This document shows, piece by piece, positions 42,210 through 53,932 of a stretch of DNA of 64,000 bases. The position numbers and the translations under genes were made by a program. Source of the DNA: Nemertoderma westbladi (lineage: Eukaryota > Animalia > Xenacoelomorpha). A model generated the notes under the pieces. The model was not told the DNA's origin. It was given only the letters and a program-made list of their open reading frames with translations, and did no database searches. Position 1 is the first letter of the stretch. Every line of letters starts with the position of its first letter. The stretch spans positions 18,479-82,478 of the forward strand of contig JAUCBJ010005047.1 in NCBI GenBank assembly GCA_032718475.1, in the 5' to 3' direction.

Positions 42210-43215
42210 CTAAAGAAGCAGACGCGACGACACTTTCTGGCAATGAGTTCCATATCGAATATCCATATGGATGTACTCCACAGAAACGGCTCTGATATTC
42301 GCTGATACGGTTATCCGAAAGGGAATCGATGCGGGAAAACTAACAGGCATTGTTACAATCGACCTAAAAAAGGCATTTGATACTGTAAACCACGATAACC
42401 TGTTAGAAAAACTCAAAGCGATGGGTGCCTCACCTAAAACAAAAGAATGGTTTAGATCGTACTTAACTGGAAGAAAACAGTATGTGTCAATAGGAAATGC
42501 TAAATCTACCACACGTCCAGTAATCCATGGAGTACCACAAGGGTCAGTCTTGGGAGTTCTATTGTTCCAGGGGAATGTCAATGACTTCCACATTGTGATT
42601 GAAGATGATACTCTTGACCCGGTATTTGCAGATGATACAAATCTAATGAAATCGGATAGAGACGCAGAAACTATATCCAAGTCATTAAGCGCTACAATGG
42701 ACCGTGTTCTTGACTGGTGCATTCAAAACAAGTTAACCATTAACTTTGACAAAACATTCGCTATTCTTATTGGATCCCACCAGCGAATTGCAGCTTCCCC
42801 GAAGTTAGAAGTATATTGTGATGGCCGGAAGATTGAGAATGCGACATCAATTACATACCTCGGTTCTGATATAAACCAATGTTTGACTGGTATCGAAATG
42901 GCCTCCAAAGTAATCAGTAAATGCAACAAACGCCTAAAGTTTTTGCATCGATATGGAAGTGTCTTGGATAAATTTACGCGTCATACTACCTTTTATGAAC
43001 TAGTACATTTTATCAATATTTTAGCGTCCTATGTTTCACAAATTTTAACAAACCTTTAACGAATTTTATCAATCTTTTAAGAGTACTACATTTTATCAAC
43101 GAACTTTCATAACTTTTTTACCTTGCGTGACTCTTTACCTAGCTTTAAATATTAGAGTATGAAAATTATTATAGGACCCTCATGGAAACGAGGTATATAC
43201 CTCATGAGGCTATCC
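42210..43215 (+). mobile_element. 5'-truncated, internally deleted L2/Daphne-like LINE
   Basis: ORF 42271-~42985 with STETAL, IDLKKAFDTVNH, GVPQGSVLG, FADD, TYLG and RLKFLHR; 3' stem-loop at 43174-43215. Confidence 0.88.
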
Positions 43216-44601
43216 TTACACCAGAACCTTGGAATTGGAATTGGAATTTTTTATTTCACATTAAATCAGTTAAAAACAAGCACTAAAGATAGCATTAAAA
43301 TATAACATATGAAGTGTAAGGAAAAGCAAAGGCAACAAACCAATGTACAGTATGGTATTCAACATGTCCTAGAAAAAGTATTTTAACGGAAAACAGTACA
43401 AAACAAACATAGATAAATAAAATGACCTTCAATAATTTTTAAACACCATTTACAACAATTATGGTAAGACATTTCTATTTCAGGCTTTAGGACCAACAAA
43501 CTTAGTGGATACGAGATGAAAGGTGTAAGTGCAGCAACTATAAAATTATTGAAATTTTACTAAAAATTATTGTAATTATGAGAAGGAATTTAGGACCATA
43601 CGAAGACAGTGGATACGAGGTGCAAGGTATAAATAAAAGAAACAACAACAGAATAATTATAAAAACGTTCGACACCAATAAAATCTATATTTTATGAACT
43701 GTATTTATTTCTATTGTCTTACTAAAAATATTATTTACTGTAGTTATTTCTAATAAGTTTACCGCGGTAAGTTAGAAATTATAATAAATACACAATGCAT
43801 ATATTATATATACTGAGACTTAATTACAGAATTAAGCAGTGATTTGGCGTCGAGGATAACCCCATGAGACTATGTCTCGTTTTCATGAGGGTCCTCACTA
43901 TATCAGGAAATATTCAAATCGATAAAGGTTCTATGAAGTTGATACATATAGTATTATAGTATGTTACATATGTACATTATTGCAAATAAGTTTAAGTCGA
44001 ATTGCAATAATTTAGGAAGAACTAAATAATATAAAACACAATTAGGCGAATAAATATAAATATTACTAATAACCATGACTAATTAATATCCATTAAGTTA
44101 AAATATTCTGGGCATAGGAGTTTCACTCATAACTTTTAGCAAGGAGTTTTCCTCCCTTCGGTTATCCCCTCCTCGTAAAATAAAATAAGAACATAAATAA
44201 AATAAAAACATAAAATAAAATAAAAACGTACTGTATATACATGAAATAGGTATTATCTTAAAAACAATCTTAAAGCATAAGAGTTTATGTAGTGACATCA
44301 GGACTTCAGACTATATTATATGGCTCGCCCCATATACATAGGCCATGGGACTACTGATATATAGGACTCACGACAAACTGCAGTATTACGGTATTATTAT
44401 ATAGTTTGGCCTGGGGTATATCTCCGTACTGCATGCATCAGTACTGCATGCATTACCGGGATACATTTGCACTTCTGTACGTTGGCACTTATATATTATA
44501 CAGCCAGATATGCTGATATATTATTACTTTACTACATGGCGCTGCGAGTAGCTCTATCTACGATCCGCCGGGGATCAATATAGACTCCAGCAGCTGATAC
44601 G

Positions 44602-46095
44602 ATGTCGGTCGCCGGCGACACCGAATGGCTGGACCTCACCCCGGAGGAAATACAGCAGCTGGACCGTCAGTCGCTGCTACAGTATTGTGCTGACGCCGGA
44701 GTTCATTACGACGGCCGAACTTCCACCCTAAACCTCCGCAAACGTTTAATCGCAACAATATCGGACGACACCCCCACGATCCCACGTACTCCGGATTTCG
44801 CGATGATCCTCGCTAAACAACAGGCGGACTCGGATGCTCGCCTGGCTGCGGTTCTCGAGCAGACCGAGGTCCGCATGGCGGAGCAACAGGCCCGATCCGA
44901 CGCCCGGTTAATGGACCTCCTTGCCCAACTGGGTCGCCCCAACCCAGTTGATCCAGCAGTTGAACCTGCCGCCGGAGCAGCCGCCGCCGCTGCACCGGTA
45001 AACCGACGGCGTCTCATCGACGTCACAAACCTTGACAGACTCGACACTACCGTCGACCTGCCCGCTTTCCGCCGTTGGCGGAAAAGCTGGGATGTTAATG
45101 GACGTCGCCAGCAGGCGGAAACTTACCCGCGTGGGGAGCAAGTTTACGCCCTTATCTCTGCCCTCGGTTCTGACCTACAGGAGGTCGTGTCAGTCACCCT
45201 CCACATCGACCTGAACAGCGTCGATACAACCACCGAACGAATTCTCGATGGACTGCAGGCCCACCTCCGCTCCAAACGGAGCATCGCCTTGGACCGCCTC
45301 GCATTCCATAAACCTTTAAACGTCGACAGGGGCCCCAGGAACCCTTTGACGCGTTCCACGTCTCGTTGGTGGAATTAGCGGATAACGCCGAACTCTGCAA
45401 CCACTGCAGAGAAAACCAAATCGTGACACAGATTCTGGTCGGACTAAATTCCGCCGAAACCCAAACCGAACTGTTGAAGGTACTTCCCCAACCCACCCTC
45501 GAGGACTGCATAAAAATATGCCAGAGTTGGGAGGCCAGCGGAAAAAACCAGTCCATCATGGGTGGTACCCGCTCCATCGCCAAAGTTTCACGGTACCAAC
45601 AACAGCGGGGTCGCTCCACTATGCGTAACGGAAATCCTAATCCCGGATACCAGAAACCCGGCTCCTCAGCGGGTCAACAACAATACAGGAGAAACCAAAC
45701 CCCCAGTGGGGACCGCCGCAAAAACTGTGGCAATTGCGGCCACCCACATGCCCCCAACAGGGCTTCCTGCCCTGCCCGCGATATCGAATGTCATCGATGC
45801 GGGAAGATCGGGCACTTCCACACCGTATGCAGGTCCGGCGGATCCATTCCCAAAAATGCAAAAACACATACAGTTCTCCCCCGCAATTCCGTGAATCACC
45901 TCCAGTACCGGGCTGCCGTTTGCCAACTGGACTACGTTTCTGTGGGTCTGTCCAAATCCGGAACCGGCGACATTCTGGGTACCATTCACCGCGCGCTACC
46001 GGACAGCGGCGCGGCTGCTTCAATCCTCAACGAGGATCTTTATCACAAGTTGGGGGGCCTCGACACATCTCTGCTTCCCTCCTCGGACCTAGATT
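44602..46095 (+). pseudogene. Gag plus start of aspartic protease, frameshifted at ~45315
   Basis: F..R.Q...E.FD.F...L..LA gag motif across the shift; zinc knuckles CGNCGHPH...C and CHRCGKIGHFHTVC; protease ALPDSGA. Confidence 0.85.
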
Positions 46096-46450
46096 TGGTA
46101 GTCCCCTTGCTGTCAGCGACCCGGTCCTCATCCAGGACCCCCGTACCAAGCGGTGGAACCGCAAGGGTACGGTTGTAGAGACTGGACCCCACCGGAAACT
46201 CACGGTCCGGACCCCCTCCGGCCGCACCATCACCCGGAATCGTCGGTTCCTACTCCGTGACACCTCCTTCCCAGGGTCTTCCGGCGATGCCAAACTCCTG
46301 GCCAATACACCAGCGGCCGCGGCAGACATTGACTCATCCCGGCCACCTAAAACTGTCACATGGGACCACCAGCTGGTCCAAGCCCACACGAGCCCAGCAC
46401 AACCCCGCAGATATCCCTCTAGGCGCAGAAAACCACCTGTGCGTTTATAA
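46096..46450 (+). pseudogene. Integrase C-terminal (GPY/F-like) remnant; RT, RNase H and IN core are deleted
   Basis: PLAVSDPVLIQDPRTKRW..GTVVETGPHRKLTVRT..G..TRNRRFL and terminal RRYPSRRRKPPVRL. Confidence 0.8.
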
Positions 46451-46716
46451 CTCGCTACACACGAGCTCGAAGGGGGGTGTAGTGACATCAGGACTTCAGA
46501 CTATATTATATGGCTCGCCCCATATACATAGGCCATGGGACTACTGATATATAGGACTCACGACAAACTGCAGTATTACGGTATTATTATATAGTTTGGC
46601 CTGGGGTATATCTCCGTACTGCATGCATCAGTACTGCATGCATTACCGGGATACATTTGCACTTCTGTACGTTGGCACTTATATATTATACAGCCAGATA
46701 TGCTGATATATTATTA

Positions 46717-47750
46717 TTATTATTATTATTATATTATTTGGGTGGAGACACCGCTGTCATAGAAGCGTACAAATAAAACTGCACATAATAAAATAAAACA
46801 GGAGAAAGTTGAACAGAGAATAAAACAAAACGACTTATACTATGGCACCATATTAAAATAAGATTAAAAACGAAATTAAAATACGCTAAAATATTATTAC
46901 ATGTTAAAATAAAAGTGTAGATCGCTAAAAAGAGTTGAACTCAGATAGAACTAATGATATGAAAAATAGAAAATAATTAGAAATTGGCATAGTTACAAAT
47001 TGCGGTCAAATTTAATCCAATTATTAAAATCGCACACATAAATATGGCGTTTGAACAATTCAACTGAGGGGGCAGTCACTGCAACGTAAGGTAGATTGTT
47101 CCAAACAGGCACAACACGATTTGTAAATGAGTTCTGCACCGCAACAGTTCTGCAATGTCCTTGCTGCAATTTGTAAGGGTGCCCCCTCAGTCTTATTGAA
47201 GATGAGTTTACATTTACAAATAAATTATTAGATTCTAATGAAATAAAACCGTTGAGTATTTTAAAAACAGTAATTAGGTCAATATGAACTCGTCTAAGTT
47301 CTAGTGATTGTAATTTCAAAATTTTTAGCCTTCTTAGGTAACAAGCATCAGTATCTAAATAGCACCGGTGGAATAACCTACGGGTAAAATATCTTTGGAC
47401 CGACTCAAGCTTGTCTGTTAGGCCAAGAAAAGGTTTTGAATTACAAAAAGGGTTCCATATTGCACTACCATATTCTAAAATCGGCCTTGCATACACTTTA
47501 TAGGCAAATAAAATAGCTTCACAGTCGTTAGTAGAAAAACACCTAAATAAACAATTAATTACTTTATAGCACTTTTTAGTTATTAAATCAATGTGATTTG
47601 CAAAATATAACTTACTATCAACTTCTACTCCTAAATCACGGAAAGATGACACATTTTCAAGTGCATAGTTATTAATTGAATACATTGCATCTGGTACATT
47701 AGAACTTCCTACAGTAAGAACTTTACATTTATGCTTGTTATTGTTTATGC
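46717..47750 (-). mobile_element. 5'-truncated CR1-like LINE inserted in the 3' LTR
   Basis: Open ORF 47685-46993 (RDLGV, RPILEYGSAIWNP, LESVQRYFTR, FTNRVVPVWNNLP); (TAA)n tail; TATATTATTA duplicated at 46707-46716 and 47751-47760. Confidence 0.9.
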
Positions 47751-49285
47751 TATATTATTACTTTACTACAGTTTATGTCATAACCTTTAGGCATATATAG
47801 AGTTTTCCTCCTCGATCAGTTTGTTAAGCAAGTATGATTTAACTTTGTGTTTAAAGGTCTCAATTGTTGGGGCGTTTTTTATGTCCGATGGCAACGCATT
47901 CCACAGAACTGGTCCCTGATGAGCGAAAGATTCACAACCAACTGTTGTGCGGTGGAAGGGGACAACAGCCTGAGAAACCCCACTACGTAAACGAGCAGAG
48001 TTGTCCGAGAAGGTAACCAAGTCCTGCAGGTAGGCTGGGGATTGGTGGTTACGAATACGAAACATATGTGTTAGTATTATTTGCTGAACACGTTCCCGTA
48101 TTGGTAACCAGTTTATTTCAACTAGATCCTCTATACCGATGTGGCTACGAGGTCGACGAGACAGACAATACCGTATGCATTTCCGCAATAACGCATCTGC
48201 CTGCCTTTTTAGTTGCGATGGGGCACTTATGTACCAGCAAGGGGAAGCAAAGTCAAGGTGAGGTTGAATCAAAGTATTGACAAGAGGCCGCCGGAGCGAT
48301 TGAGGGATAGATGCTGAGTTCCGATAGAGGAAGCGGAGTGTTGCATTTCCTTTACGAATAGCCTTTTAGAGCGGCCATTTCACCTGATTAATTAAGTTAA
48401 TTATTTGTTAATTATTTAATTAACCTGATAGATTACATTAAAGTTGTCAACATCTGAAAGTCGCTGATGAGTTCCAAAAAGCATAACCTCGAACTTTTCT
48501 GGGTGTATGCTTAAACGGTTGTTTATTGCCCATGTTGACACTTTCGATAGCTTATTTGCTAATGACTTAGCTATTTCTGCAGGATTTGTGCCAGAAGTAA
48601 GTAGGTTAGTGTCATCAACATACTTTGGCGATGGGTCTGCTTGTGTATCGACAGTTTCTTCTCTAGGATTGGCTAGCATTACCTTGTTGCTAACTACCGC
48701 TGGTCCTATTGCTAGGTTGTGCTTGTTGCCCAAGGTCTTCTTGGAATTCGAAGGAGAATGGGTTGTGGCATCCAGTGTTTGGGTTAGAGAAGTACCTTCG
48801 ATGGCGAGGTTAAAGTCGTTAATGTAGTCGAGAAACATTAGCACACCAAGAAGGGACCCTTGTGGAACACATATCAGTTGATAATACCTGCTGACCTGTG
48901 ATTTAGAGTTTGCAATTTGGACAAATTGAGAGCGACCAGTCAAATTTGAGCGGAACCATAAAACAGTAGATTGTGAAAAGCCAATACATTTCAGTTTATG
49001 AAGCAGAAGGTTATGGTCAACTGTATCAAAAGCACGCTGGAGATCTATGGCTACCATTCCGACGAGTTCACCAGAATCCATTGCATTCTTTATATAGTTA
49101 TCTAGAAATAGCAGGCCTTTTATTTAAGTAAATAAACATTTTATAAGATGACTATCTACATAAATCAGTATTGGTGCTTCTAAATATCTAGTGTATTACT
49201 TGTACTGTAGGCCTAATATCGTAATGTAATCTTTATAAATGTATTATTGTGAATTTTAAAAGGTTTAATTATGTGTAAAAAACAA

Positions 49286-50040
49286 TCAATCAATCAATAT
49301 CGGCACCACACGATGGCAAAATGTGTTTTGAATAGCTACAGATATGCACGGTACCTGATGCAATTTAAAACGATGGCCGCGGGTTTCACGTGTGGACATA
49401 ACAGGTTGAAAAATATCAGTGATACGGATATTTACTAAGCCACTGAAAATTTTATATACAAGGATCATATCAAAATGTATGCGACATAATTCAAGTGGAT
49501 CCAGATTTAGGTACTGTTTAACTTGTGTACTTACTTTTTTTTGTGTCCATTTCAACACCAAGGTCTGAGAACAGACGTTACCTAGTATATTTAGACCAAT
49601 ATTATATTCCGCACTTTCGAAACATTTACCAATAGTTAATACTTTACATTTATCACTGGCAATATTCAGTTGCCATGTGTTAGACCAATCATAAAATAGA
49701 TCCAAATTGCACTGTAATAATTTTCGTTCTTGGTTAGTCGAAAAGGAAGCAAAAAGCTTTGTATCGTCAGCAAAGAGCCGGGTACAAGTATCACTGGTAA
49801 AAATGTCGGGCATTTCATTTATAAACATAATGAATAATAATGGACCACTACAGGATCCTTGGGGTACACCAGATTTCACACACCTATATTGTGAGAAAAT
49901 ATTTCTAATTTTTACGCGTTGAGTTCTATTATTTAAAAAACTACTAAACCAATTTAGTACATTACCAGTTATACCAAAACTCTGAAGTTTAATCATAAGT
50001 TTATTTATAACCACACTGTCAAAGGCCTTAGAGTAATCAA
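49286..50040 (-). mobile_element. CR1-like LINE RT fragment, internally deleted
   Basis: LDYSKAFDSV at the 5' edge, SGVPQGSCSGPLLF, LFADDTK and TRGHRFKL. Confidence 0.85.
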
Positions 50041-50042
50041 GC

Positions 50043-50471
50043 CCGAATGTAACATTGCCATTTAAAGGAGCAGGTTACAGAGGCGTGTTGGGGGAACCAA
50101 AACAATAAACGAAAGTTAACACATGTTACAAGATTATGCAGGTTACTTTTATTTAAAGGCTGAAAGGAGCAGGTTACAGAGGCGTGTTGGCCTGTTGGGG
50201 GTACCAAAACAATAATCGAAAGTTAACACATGTTACAAGATTATGCAGGTTACTTAATTGGGTCTTGGGTCTTTGTTTTGTACTCACCAAACTGTTTCTT
50301 CCTGTAAATAAACGAAGCATTTCATTGGTTAACTCCTGAAATCAAAACACAACTGAAATAAATGTATGTTAAATTCGAGCTTAGTAGTAGATCAAATGTA
50401 ACATACAGTAGTTTTAGGATCCAATGTAACATAATTGAGGTTTCGATTCATAAAAACTATGTTACATTCGA
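50043..50471. mobile_element. MITE-like element with CGAATGTAACAT ends
   Basis: CGAATGTAACAT at 50044 versus ATGTTACATTCG at 50459-50470; further AATGTAACAT copies near 50395 and 50423; internal ~90-bp direct duplication. Confidence 0.55.
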
Positions 50472-50477
50472 TCCCGA

Positions 50478-50675
50478 TTACTACTACTACTAGGATCGGC
50501 ATGCTGCATTGCAGCTGCATTTTTAAGAATGCTGTGCCGGCTTATCGACAAAATTGCACTGCCACAACTCCCTATCACCCATGACATTTGCTAGATCATC
50601 CGCATCTTCAAGGCCAGTGTCCTTTAAGATGCATCTCAAGAAAGTCATGGGCTGTCCACCATGCTTATTCACTCC
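50478..50675 (-). mobile_element. RTE-like LINE 3' end with (TAG)n tail
   Basis: Near-identical reverse complement of 53740-53925, followed by TAG repeats. Confidence 0.88.
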
Positions 50676-51660
50676 TACCCCAGTCGCTCCACCATGTCCC
50701 TTCCCGGCCTGATACTCGCCCGTAACCCCCCACCCCTCCATCGTTCTTGGTCTCTTCCTTCCAAAGTCGCCCTCGGAGCCCCCAGGCATCGGCATTCCCT
50801 GCAGTCCAGATGTAGACCGTATCGGTGTCTCTTCCATCCAATCCGCCTCATCCCTAGCCGAAACTCGCCCGAGGTCTCCGATCCCCACCTCAACTCATCC
50901 AAGTCTTAGGCTTCAAAATCATACTCCCCTCCCCTTATATATGTGCATCTCTGCCTGCTGCCTCCCTCCTCTCTCTCATGGCGACTTCCTCTAGCTTTCT
51001 TTCCTCCTCTCTATCCACCTCACATTCCTTCCATCGTTTGTATGGTGTGTCTACTTCTCTCTCCACCAGGTGTTGGGTATCATAATACACCGACTCGCCA
51101 TTCTGCCCCGGGTGGTCTACAAGACCTTCTAGGGCTACCTTAAAGGCTCTCCTGTGGTTCAGAGCTGCTCCCATCAGTAGAAACGCCTTCGGCTCCCTGC
51201 CGATAACCACTGTGATAAATTGGTTCACCAACCCTATCATTATCCAGTCCTCCTGTAGCATATATCTCTTCTGATATATCTTTATCGCCCCCTTTCGGAC
51301 GTGATATAACTCCTCCTTTCCTGGTCTCGCTCCTCACTTGAGCGAATTCGCCAGTTCCGCCCCGTATTCCTCTTGGAACTTGTTCCATTCCATCGGCTTA
51401 TGGCACACGAGTCCCATCAACTGACCCATCGCCACGGCTCCGTATTGTCCCGTGTTGTCCACCAATCCCAATCCATCCGGTTTCGTTATAGCCATGTAGA
51501 CTACCAGCATGTCCAGAAGATTCGGGGTGCCTGGTCCAATAATCCTCTCCGCGTCGTTGCATATCGCCAATCCAACCATGATCGTAGTCTTCGACCTTAC
51601 GAGCTTCTGCACCGCATTCGGTTGACTGTTCAAATTTGGCCCAGTCCTCTTACCGTAGTT
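50676..51660 (-). other. Unidentified GC-rich coding-like segment (~240 codons, one internal TGA)
   Basis: The ORF ending at 51334 and ORF 51261-50935 are in the same frame, separated by a single stop; no motif recognised. Confidence 0.4.
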
Positions 51661-52700
51661 AGTATTTTCCGCGCTGTGGTCCCTTTCTGGCACCCATCTC
51701 CAGTATTTTCCGCACTGTGGTCCCTTTCTGGCACCCATCTCCAGTATTTTTCGTGCTGTGGTCCCTTTCTGGCACCCATCTCCAGTATTTTCCGCACTGT
51801 GGTCCCTTTCTGGCACCCATCTCCAGTATTTTCCGCACTGTGGTCCCTTTCTGGCACCCATCTCCAGTATTTTTCGTGCTGTGGTCCCTTTCTGGCGCCC
51901 ATCTCTAGTGTTTTTCGTGCTGTGGTCCCTTTCTGGCACCCATCTCCAGTATTTTTCGTGCTGTGGTCCCTTTCTGGCGCCCATCTCCAGTATTTTTCGT
52001 GCTGTGGTCCCTTTCTGGCACCCATCTCCAGTATTTTTCGTGCTGTGGTCCCTTTCTGGCACCCATCTCCAGTATTTTTCGTGCTGTTATCCCTTTCTGG
52101 CACCCATCTCCAGTATTTTTCGTGCTGTGGTCCCTTTCTGGCACCCATCTCCAGTATTTTCCGCACTGTGGTCCCTTTCTGGCACCCATCTCCAGTATTT
52201 TCCGCACTGTGGTCCCTTTCTGGCACCCATCTCCAGTATTTTCCGCACTGTGGTCCCTTTCTGGCACCCATCTCCAGTATTTTTCGTGCTGTGGTCCCTT
52301 TCTGGCACCCATCTCCAGTATTTTTCGTGCTGTGGTCCCTTTCTGGCGCCCATCTCCAGTATTTTTCGTGCTGTGGTCCCTTTCTGGCACCCATCTCCAG
52401 TATTTTTCGTGCTGTGGTCCCTTTCTGGCACCCATCTCCAGTATTTTTCGTGCTGTGGTCCCTTTCTGGCACCCATCTCCAGTATTTTTCGTGCTGTAGT
52501 CCCTTTCTGGCACCCATCTCCAGTATTTTTCGTGCTGGAGTCCCTTTCTGGCACCCATCTCCAGTATTTTTCGTGCTGTTATCCCTTTCTGGCACCCATC
52601 TCCAGTATTTTTCGTGCTGTGGTCCCTTTCTGGCACCCATCTCCAGTATTTTCTGCGCTCTGGTCTCTTTCAAGCACCCATTTCCAGTATTTTTTGTGCT
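51661..52700. repeat. 41-bp tandem array, ~25 copies
   Basis: Unit GTGGTCCCTTTCTGGCACCCATCTCCAGTATTTT(TCGTG/CCGCA)CT. Confidence 0.97.
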
Positions 52701-53014
52701 AAAATTTTCAATAATTTTTATGGCTCACTAAATTTAATTTATTTGCGGTATATAGCGGTTTTTTAAAATTGATTTTATGACCATATGGTTTTTTTGGTAT
52801 GCTGATATATATCACGGTATAGCTTCAGAATTATCAAACCAAAGGCAAATTTAACAGTTTATAATTTTTTGCTACTTGTACTTTTCGTTTTGGGGCACCA
52901 GAATGGCACCAAAATTGGGTTTTGCCACAAAAAAAATAAATAAAAAATTTAGAATAATAAAAAAAGAATAAATAAAGAAAGGAATAATAAAAAGATTTAG
53001 GTTTTTTTCTACGC

Positions 53015-53926
53015 ATGTCCTTAGATCATCATAATGATGATGGGGTGATGATATCTCCACCTACTGGCTCCAGAAGTCGAGGAAATCCTGCCAAGTACCT
53101 AACTGATCTAGACTTTGCTGATGACTTAGGAGTACTCTCAGAATCATTAGAGGGAGCCCAACGGCTCCTCAGCTCATTAGAACATGCTGCTTCTAGTGCT
53201 GGTCTTTTTATTAACTCCAGAAAGACCAAAATTTTGACAGTTAACTTTGAAAGTCCTCAGCAAGTCTCTGATCGGATGAGCATAAGCTCAAAAGATGGTA
53301 TGCTTGAGCATGTGGATGACTTCTGTTACCTGGGATCATGGATCCGGAAGTCAGATGAGGACCTTCGAATACGTAAGGGAAAGGCATGGGCTGCCTTGAA
53401 TAGGCTTTCCAGGATTTGGAAGTCATAGAGAATTAATCGGAAACTTAAGGTCCGATTATTTAGAGCAGCAGTAGTTCCAGTACTCCTCTATGGAAGTCCA
53501 TGCTGGGCTCTAACTGCCGAGGACACCAAATCTCTGGATGGCACATTCACAAGAATGCTACGCCGGGTTCATTGTGTCAAGTACAATGCACACATCTCCA
53601 ACCAGACGCTATATAATATTGGAGGTGTCTCATTGGTTAGCCCAAGCTTGACACTAGAACAAAGTCGCCTCCGCTTTGCAGGACATTGCTTTCGCCGTGA
53701 GGACCAGCCAGTGCATAATCTAGTACTTTGGCAGCCTCTGGAGTGAATAAGCATGGTGGGCAGCCCATGACTTTCTTGAGACGCATCTTAAAGGACACTG
53801 GCCTTGAAGATGCGGATGATCTAGCAAATGTCATGGGTGATAGGGAGTTGTGGCGGCGCAATTTTGTCGACAAGCCGGCACAGAATTCTTAAAAATGCAG
53901 CTGCAATGCAGCATGCCGATCCTAGT
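53015..53926 (+). mobile_element. 5'-truncated RTE-like LINE
   Basis: LTDLDFADDL, GLFINSRKTK, DFCYLGS, LLYGS..W.L and RLRFAGHCFR with premature stops; 3' end GCATGCCGATCCTAG. Confidence 0.92.
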
Positions 53927-53932
53927 TTCCAA

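Larger units (their letters stand above)
44288..47770 (+). mobile_element. Internally deleted Ty3/Gypsy (Mag-like) LTR retrotransposon
   Basis: 249-bp TG...CA LTRs (44288-44536; 46478-46716 plus 47761-47770), identical by eye. 5-bp TSD GTTTA (44283-44287, 47771-47775). PBS TGGCGCTGCGAG at 44537 (tRNA-Ser-like). PPT GAAGGGGGG at 46469-46477. Confidence 0.95.
43854..49115 (-). mobile_element. L2/Daphne-like LINE whose 3' UTR is split by the LTR element
   Basis: RT 49081-48416 (IDLQRAFDTVDH, VPQGSLLG, YVDD) and C-terminus 48272-47787 (QPHLDFAS..W, GPVLWNALP). The 3' UTR is inferred to continue at 44282 down to the stem-loop at 43854-43894. Confidence 0.75.

Noticed and set aside
51373-52731. 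Long ORFs in several frames on both strands
   Set aside because: The 41-bp unit lacks stops in all frames, so these are artefacts of the array.
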